From NCBI GenBank assembly GCA_002269645.1, contig NIVC01000001.1:930001-994000 (forward strand): a stretch of 64,000 nt of DNA, read 5' to 3'. The DNA comes from Macrostomum lignano. Taxonomy: Eukaryota. The notes beneath the pieces are model-generated. The model saw nothing but the letters and a program-made list of their open reading frames with translations. It was not told where the DNA came from and made no database searches. Positions 58,157-64,000 of this stretch are shown here, one piece after another; the stretch's first letter is position 1, and every line of letters begins with the position of its first letter. Position numbers and translations under genes: made by a program.

Positions 58157-60540
58157 TCAACACGAGCAGCCAGAGGAGCCGCCGCTAGCGTCACTGCCGC
58201 CTCTTCTTGTGTCATTCAGGGCCACACCGGAATTTCCAGCCGCCTCCCACAGGCCGGGCGTTTGTAGAATTTTTTCAACCAATTCTTCGAAAGCCGTCTT
58301 AACACCTTCGTTGGTCTTAGCGCTGGCCTCTATAAACAGCATGTGATGCTTGCGGGCGAACTTCAAGCCTTCGTCTCGGCTAACCTCGCGTTTGGCCTAA
58401 ATGAGTGCGTTTAATTAAAAAAGGCTACATCAATAATAGAATAACTACTAGATCTCGCCACTCAGTGCATTTGCGTATAAGCTACTATTCAATTCAGTAG
58501 TATAAGTTAAACTGCAGCATTTATGTGTTTTTAGACAAGGCTCATTTTTATTGGCTCTTACAACCCTATGGCTTAATAAAACACCCTAACCGGGTCTTTT
58601 AACACAAGCATCTACCCCCGCCCCGCCGTACAATTTTTATTGTCTTTCTTAGTGTTCCACCTTAAGCTACCATGTACAACTAGGTAACGCTGGCTAATGT
58701 ACATTATAGCTATGGGACGGCTGAACCAATTAGGTTGTTTGCGACTGCGCAAGCTCAGCTCGGCTTCTAAACTTATCAAAGTCATCTCAGCTGACTTTAT
58801 TTTTGTAAAATAGCTTATGTATTCCTCCTTGCTACTGAACTGGAAGTAGAAAGACTGTCTTATGAAGTATATATGGCGGCTGGCTCATTATGCAATATAC
58901 TGAAAAGGCAAGATACCTATCTAATTTTGACACTGTTTAACCTACGTACGCTATCAATCTTATTTCCAACAAGCATTTTGACCAAATTGCCGCGATTTGC
59001 AAATGTTGTCAGTTCGCTTAGCCAGTTCTCCAAACGGCTGAATGTGTCTTTCTTAGTGACGTCGTAAACTAGAATGACGCCTTGAGCGTTGCGATAGTAA
59101 CCGGGCGTCAGTGTGCGAAATCGTTCCTGGCCTGCGGTGTCCTGTATAGGATTTGTTGAGGGAATTAGGGTTTTTTTTTAGAGGCAGGGGGGCTGTGTGC
59201 ACCCTGGCGCACTTTAAGCGACATAGGCACACAACCGGCGAGAGGCATTACTGCCCATTCCGCCGACTCCCCTGAGCAGGCATACAAGCGCGCGGATACG
59301 TACGCAGGCACACACTCACACAGGTGTACAGCGGCCCTAACTTTATATTATCGTTAGGCATGTACACTTCACTGCGCCTTGGGGGGTTGGCTCTCAAGGC
59401 CGTTAATTGCACGAGCAGAGCCAAGCCGAGATTCCAATTCAGCCCCAAATTAATGTGACTGCACTTGGAATCGAGCCTGAGTCGCTGGCACACCAGAGCA
59501 GCTGCGCTACCGCTGGGCTACGGCCCCCCTAAGGGAATTTGGGTTAGTAATGATTCAGGTTCAGTTATATATGAGTGGAACTCCTCCTCCTTCGGAGGAG
59601 AAAGGAAGAGCTCCCATTGTCAGAATTTCATTCCCTGAAATCCATCAGCTGAAATTCCATGACTTGAATCCTATCTTCTAAATCGTCTCCAAATCCTCTA
59701 CAAAGCCTTTCAAATACCATATTTTATTTCCCCTGTTTGCAAAAACTGACTGAAACTGTCCAGACTCAGGTTCTCCTGTCTTTTCTCTCTCATCTCTCTT
59801 ATCTCTCCTCTATCTTCTCTACTGTCTACTCTATTATCTCTTATCTCTCCTCTCTGCACTCCTCTCTTACACTCTTCTTTCCCCGCACTACTTTCTCCTC
59901 TTAACTCTCTTATCTCTGATCTTTCATCTCTCTTCTCTCTCCTCTCTCTCTCTCATCTGATCTCTGAAGAGTCAATTTGAGGCGTTTTTTTTGTCCGCAA
60001 CTTTTCAAAGGACTTTGGGACGACGCAAGTGATTCTGTGGCGCTTATATAGTGACTTTGGAACCGTAGAGTCGTAGCTGATGCGTGCTGGAGTCGCTGCA
60101 GAATCACTGAGTTGCGTCTAAAGCGCATCTGCCTCACTTTACTAGAATTTATTTTGCATTTACGAGCTATAAAACTATTTAGTCTACTTAAGTAAGTAGA
60201 CAGTTAAACGCTAAATCGAATCTTGAACAATATTTCATGAATTTTTTTAATTCTATAACTCACTTAATTGACGCATTGCAGTCGTTTGAGTAGTTAAAAA
60301 ATCACAAGCGTTGCTGGATTCATTAGTAAGTTTTTTTGCAGTCCTTCATTATCGACTATTGTCCCAGTAAATTTTTCAACAGGCTTGGGGGGGGGGGGTT
60401 TATAAGCGTTTGGATCAGCTGGGCCACTTGGCTACCTGTTCCGAATTGGAATTGGAATTCATACAAAAAACTTACCCAAATAGCCAATTTTGTTCGATTT
60501 CCATCAACACTCATGAGACTCTTTACTTTGAAGTCCACAC
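58157..60540 (-). CDS. RAB18: Rab18 GTPase; first exon(s) lie beyond the window
   Basis: Exons 60540-60476, 59141-58950 and 58396-58157: [18 protein letters not shown]|[72 protein letters not shown]; C-terminal CSC prenylation motif. Confidence 0.93.
59171..59529 (-). mobile_element. tRNA-derived SINE in a RAB18 intron
   Basis: Near-identical to 32867-33225; AGGGAATT occurs on both flanks. Confidence 0.88.
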
Positions 60541-61038
60541 CTGAAGAAAGTACAGTGATAAAAATATATTGGATAGATATATTCCAGATTAATTCAAGCT
60601 TCTTTCAATTGAAAAGCATTAATAAATGTAAATCTCTACTAACCAATAGTGGCAGGCTGTTCAACATCAAATGTGTCATCCACAAATCGCAGCAGTAAAC
60701 TAAAATGTTTTTTTTTCAGTTTTTTTGTTTCTCACACTTTAAGTAAGTTATAAAAATTTGGTATTGCAAAGTTTAGGCCCTATGAAAGTTGATGCACTAG
60801 CCATTAGAAATATAAGTAAAATGCATTTAGAATATGTAGATCCTATAGTCTATTTCTATTTATTTAACAACTGCTAATATTATTGAAATAGAAATAGTAT
60901 TGCATAATAATCATAAAGCAAAGGCAACAATATACCTAATAAATTCAATATTCCCATTTTGATACATATAAGGGTATTGGCAATTCTATTAGTAGGCTAA
61001 CTCATTTGATAGCAAAACAGTCTAGAATTATTTACTAG

Positions 61039-61860
61039 TGTAGTGAGCCACTAGTTTATGGTTAGGCATTGCCCTTGTCAGCTGTTCCCTTGCCTTTGCC
61101 CTGGGTTGCTGTCTGCTGCTGGTCAGCTTCCCGCCCCCCTTTCCCGCCCCCCTGTTACCACCCGCGTCCTTTCCGCCCTGTTGCGTCTCTGTTCTTAGTC
61201 CTCAGCCTCTCGGCTGTGGGCTGTCTCTGTTTTGTTTCTGTCCCATTTTCCCTGTCTTCTGAGCCAGTCACGTGATAGCTCTTGCATTCTTCGAGTCCCA
61301 AAGTGCAGTAAACATGTTTACTACACTCATTGGCCCTGTTTACTGGGAGAATCACGTGCTTTTAGAACCTTCCCTTCTCTAAGGAGAGGAGTGACTCAAG
61401 TTGCTAAAAATAGCAACTGAGTCACAACCACGTGTACTCTGGCCAGAGACCTCAAGTGACATCAGTTCTAAAAATAGAACAAGTCACGAGGTCTTGTGCA
61501 TGGGTGTTTCCCGGCTATAAATAGGACCCCTCTGCCCTTGTTTCCATCAAGGAGACTTCTTTTCTACAGAGAATTCATTAAGATCCTGTGTGTGTCAGTG
61601 TCTAACTAAGTGCCCTTTACATATACTGAATCCGTTTGTACTGGTCTGACTGAGACCCCACTAAAGCCCAACCTCAAGCCTACGAGAGGCTAACTAAGCC
61701 CTCCCTGAACCAACCAAGCCCGGCAGGTGCTTCTGACAAGACGCCTTGTACGTTGAACTGCAAATCTGCACGCGGTGCTGAGTTTGTTGACTTTGTTATT
61801 TCATTCCGATGGGAAGCTCACCTCATCGAAGGCTGAGACCTGAAGGAACTGGTGGCAACA
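61039..61860 (+). mobile_element. Solo LTR (TG...CA)
   Basis: TGTAGTGAG...GGTGGCAACA with flanks CTAG/CTAC (imperfect 4-bp TSD), GGCTATAAATA at ~61513, and AP-1-like sites at 61392 and 61418. Confidence 0.55.
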
Positions 61861-62533
61861 CTACCTACGCTACTGAGAGTTGAGAGAACTTCCCACTGAA
61901 GAGGCTAGAGTCTTAAGGTAATCTTAAGTGCCTAACTGGGAAGCAAACAGCGTTCTATTTCACTAGCTTATATGAACCCATAGGTAGCAAGTCAATTTGC
62001 CAAAAGTTGATTTGTGAAAGTCAATTTGCCAAAAGCTGGTTGTTTCACCAAAAGTTGTTTTGCTAAACAAATAAACAAAGTGAAAAAGAAAAAACAAATG
62101 AGGAAATGAAATGGTAAATGTTAAATTTGAAACATTAAAATCAATCCATGACCTTATCTATGAACAAATAAATAAGGTAAAATGTAGAATGTTAAATATT
62201 AATATCACCCATGTTTTACAAATAAAGTGGTAAAATGCAGAAAAAGCATATAGCATATATGTGGCAGTTGTTGTGCAAAATATTATTCTCCTTGTATTTT
62301 TTATAAAATTAAAAGACTTGAACCAGCAGAAAGAAGTTTTCTATAGTTGATAATTATTGGCTATGACAACTAAAAAATCAAACTTACAACCTTACCCATG
62401 TGACCCAAGTATCATACCATGATACCAAAAAAGACTTTGAAATATTGCCAATATCATTATTTGAATTGGTAGATATCAGTTTCCCAATCAGGTTTTTGGT
62501 GAATTGACTTTTGGCAAATAGTTTTTTGGCAAA

Positions 62534-62830
62534 CATACATGCGCAACAGTCGGCTGAGTCGGCCGGTCCGGCCGACCGATTTGGCGGCCAACCAAGGAAG
62601 TCGCAAAAATGCCCACCCGAAAAAATAACCAAGTAGTAGTACTAAGTAGCTGACGAGGCATTTTGACCTAATAATACAGTCATAGTTACTTCTACCGTTT
62701 ACCCAAAGTTGCGTTAATTTTGCTTTAGGGTTTTTTACATCTAAGTCGCATTTTTGGCCAAAAACTACGTCGCATTTTTGTTAAAACTAAGTCGCATGGC
62801 CGACCGAATTTTGGAGGTTGCGCATGTATG
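62534..62830. mobile_element. hAT-family MITE (297 bp)
   Basis: Perfect 14-bp TIR CATACATGCGCAAC and perfect 8-bp TSD TTGGCAAA. Confidence 0.92.
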
Positions 62831-64000
62831 TTGGCAAATCATTGGCATTTTTTCATTTTACAATCCCCAAGCAAGTCAAGTTTTGTTTTATGATCCCCAT
62901 TAAAATAGTCAAAAAGACATTCCAGTATATCAAAAAATTAAATTTCATCTCACAATTATTGTACATTATACTCACTTTTTAAATCTTATTAAATCAACAC
63001 TGTAATTGTCATTGAAATGTAACATTAAGTTATGGAAGAATAGCTTATATTTACTTTTGTTATACAATCATTTAAATGGTGAAATTATATGTAGGTGATT
63101 GTAAGACAAAACAAAAAGAGCTTGTAGGTTTCCAATTACGATTATACCAATAATAAAATTGCATTAGAGAGATTGTATCACAAAATTGAATGGATTAGTA
63201 TAGTCCAAAATTTGCAGTTTGATTATGTTCATTCTACGGACACAAAGTCTATGGTCTATGTCAAATGGTATATCTTCATCAAGATTGATGCATGGTTGAG
63301 AACAAATTGATTTGTTATGGTAATTGCTTCTCCACCCCCTCACATTTGTCTTATGATCCCCACTCAATATAAAACATACATCCATTTCATTAGGGAGATT
63401 GTGAAACAAAAGTGAGGGAAGGCCAAAAACAGGTGCATTAGTTATAAATGTCTGGCTTCTCGTGGAATGTCTAAGACTTAGATAAGACAAAACAGTAGGA
63501 TGTCCATCAGTTGATTAAATATATCAAAAATTTCCTAGAATTTTGAAATACAATCTCTCTAATACAATTTTACTCTTGGTATGATCATAATTCAAAACCT
63601 ACAAGCTTTTTCAATTTTTTCTTACAATTACTTACATATAAATTTACTATTTTAATGATTGTATGATAGAAATGAATATAAGCTACCTTCCTAACAAAAC
63701 ATAAGAGTTGTTGCTACAATACTATGCTTATAAGTGGTCCTATTTTAAAGTTGTAAAACAAAAGAATGCCGAATCATCTAGTATTCAACCCATATAATAT
63801 TTCTATAATTTTTAAATGCTAAACTAATAGTCATTTTATATTCACTAAGTCACTTAATTGAGATCTTATTTTGTGATCTGATTAAGTTAAAGAATTCTAC
63901 CCAAGAGCCACACTCAAGAAGGTGTACATAATGGCAGAAAATTCTGGTACATATCAACAAAAATGGTGCGCAAAGTGGGGTACACAGCGCATAAGTGCAC

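Noticed and set aside
63164-63490. 108-aa ORF, possibly a transposase fragment
   Set aside because: AT-rich, with no motif I can name.
60541-64000. RAB18 first exon (GxSGVGKS P-loop)
   Set aside because: Not found on the minus strand in this AT-rich interval; presumed to lie beyond the window.

Overview
Eukaryotic, intron-containing animal genomic DNA. GC-rich exons, minisatellite-filled introns and splice acceptors just upstream of start codons suggest a free-living flatworm such as Macrostomum; the host is inferred, not shown. Recognisable housekeeping genes are a PTB-domain adaptor (+, 5' end outside the window) and five genes in a row on the minus strand: RAB18 (5' end outside), BRD7/9, MMADHC (with a GC-AG intron), TECPR1 (13 exons) and MRPS34. 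Directly downstream on the same strand (6.4-27 kb) is a cluster of STING-like immune genes. After splicing, each encodes two divergent STING cyclic-dinucleotide-binding domains (CBDs) in one chain, with no transmembrane segment: TIR-TIR-STING-TIR-STING (gene F), TIR-STING-STING (copies A and C), a TIR-less STING-STING (copy B) and a frameshifted relic (D). CBD1 has lost and CBD2 has kept several key ligand-contact residues, which suggests a single-chain asymmetric pseudo-dimer. This cluster is the main candidate for an undescribed system. The rest of the window holds about 18 mini/microsatellite arrays (several sharing a GCGATTCT core, one amplifying a splice acceptor), tRNA-derived SINEs, hAT and PIF-like MITEs, two related LTR-like elements and a decayed LINE. 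All domain calls are by-eye comparisons with remembered family motifs; no searches were run.
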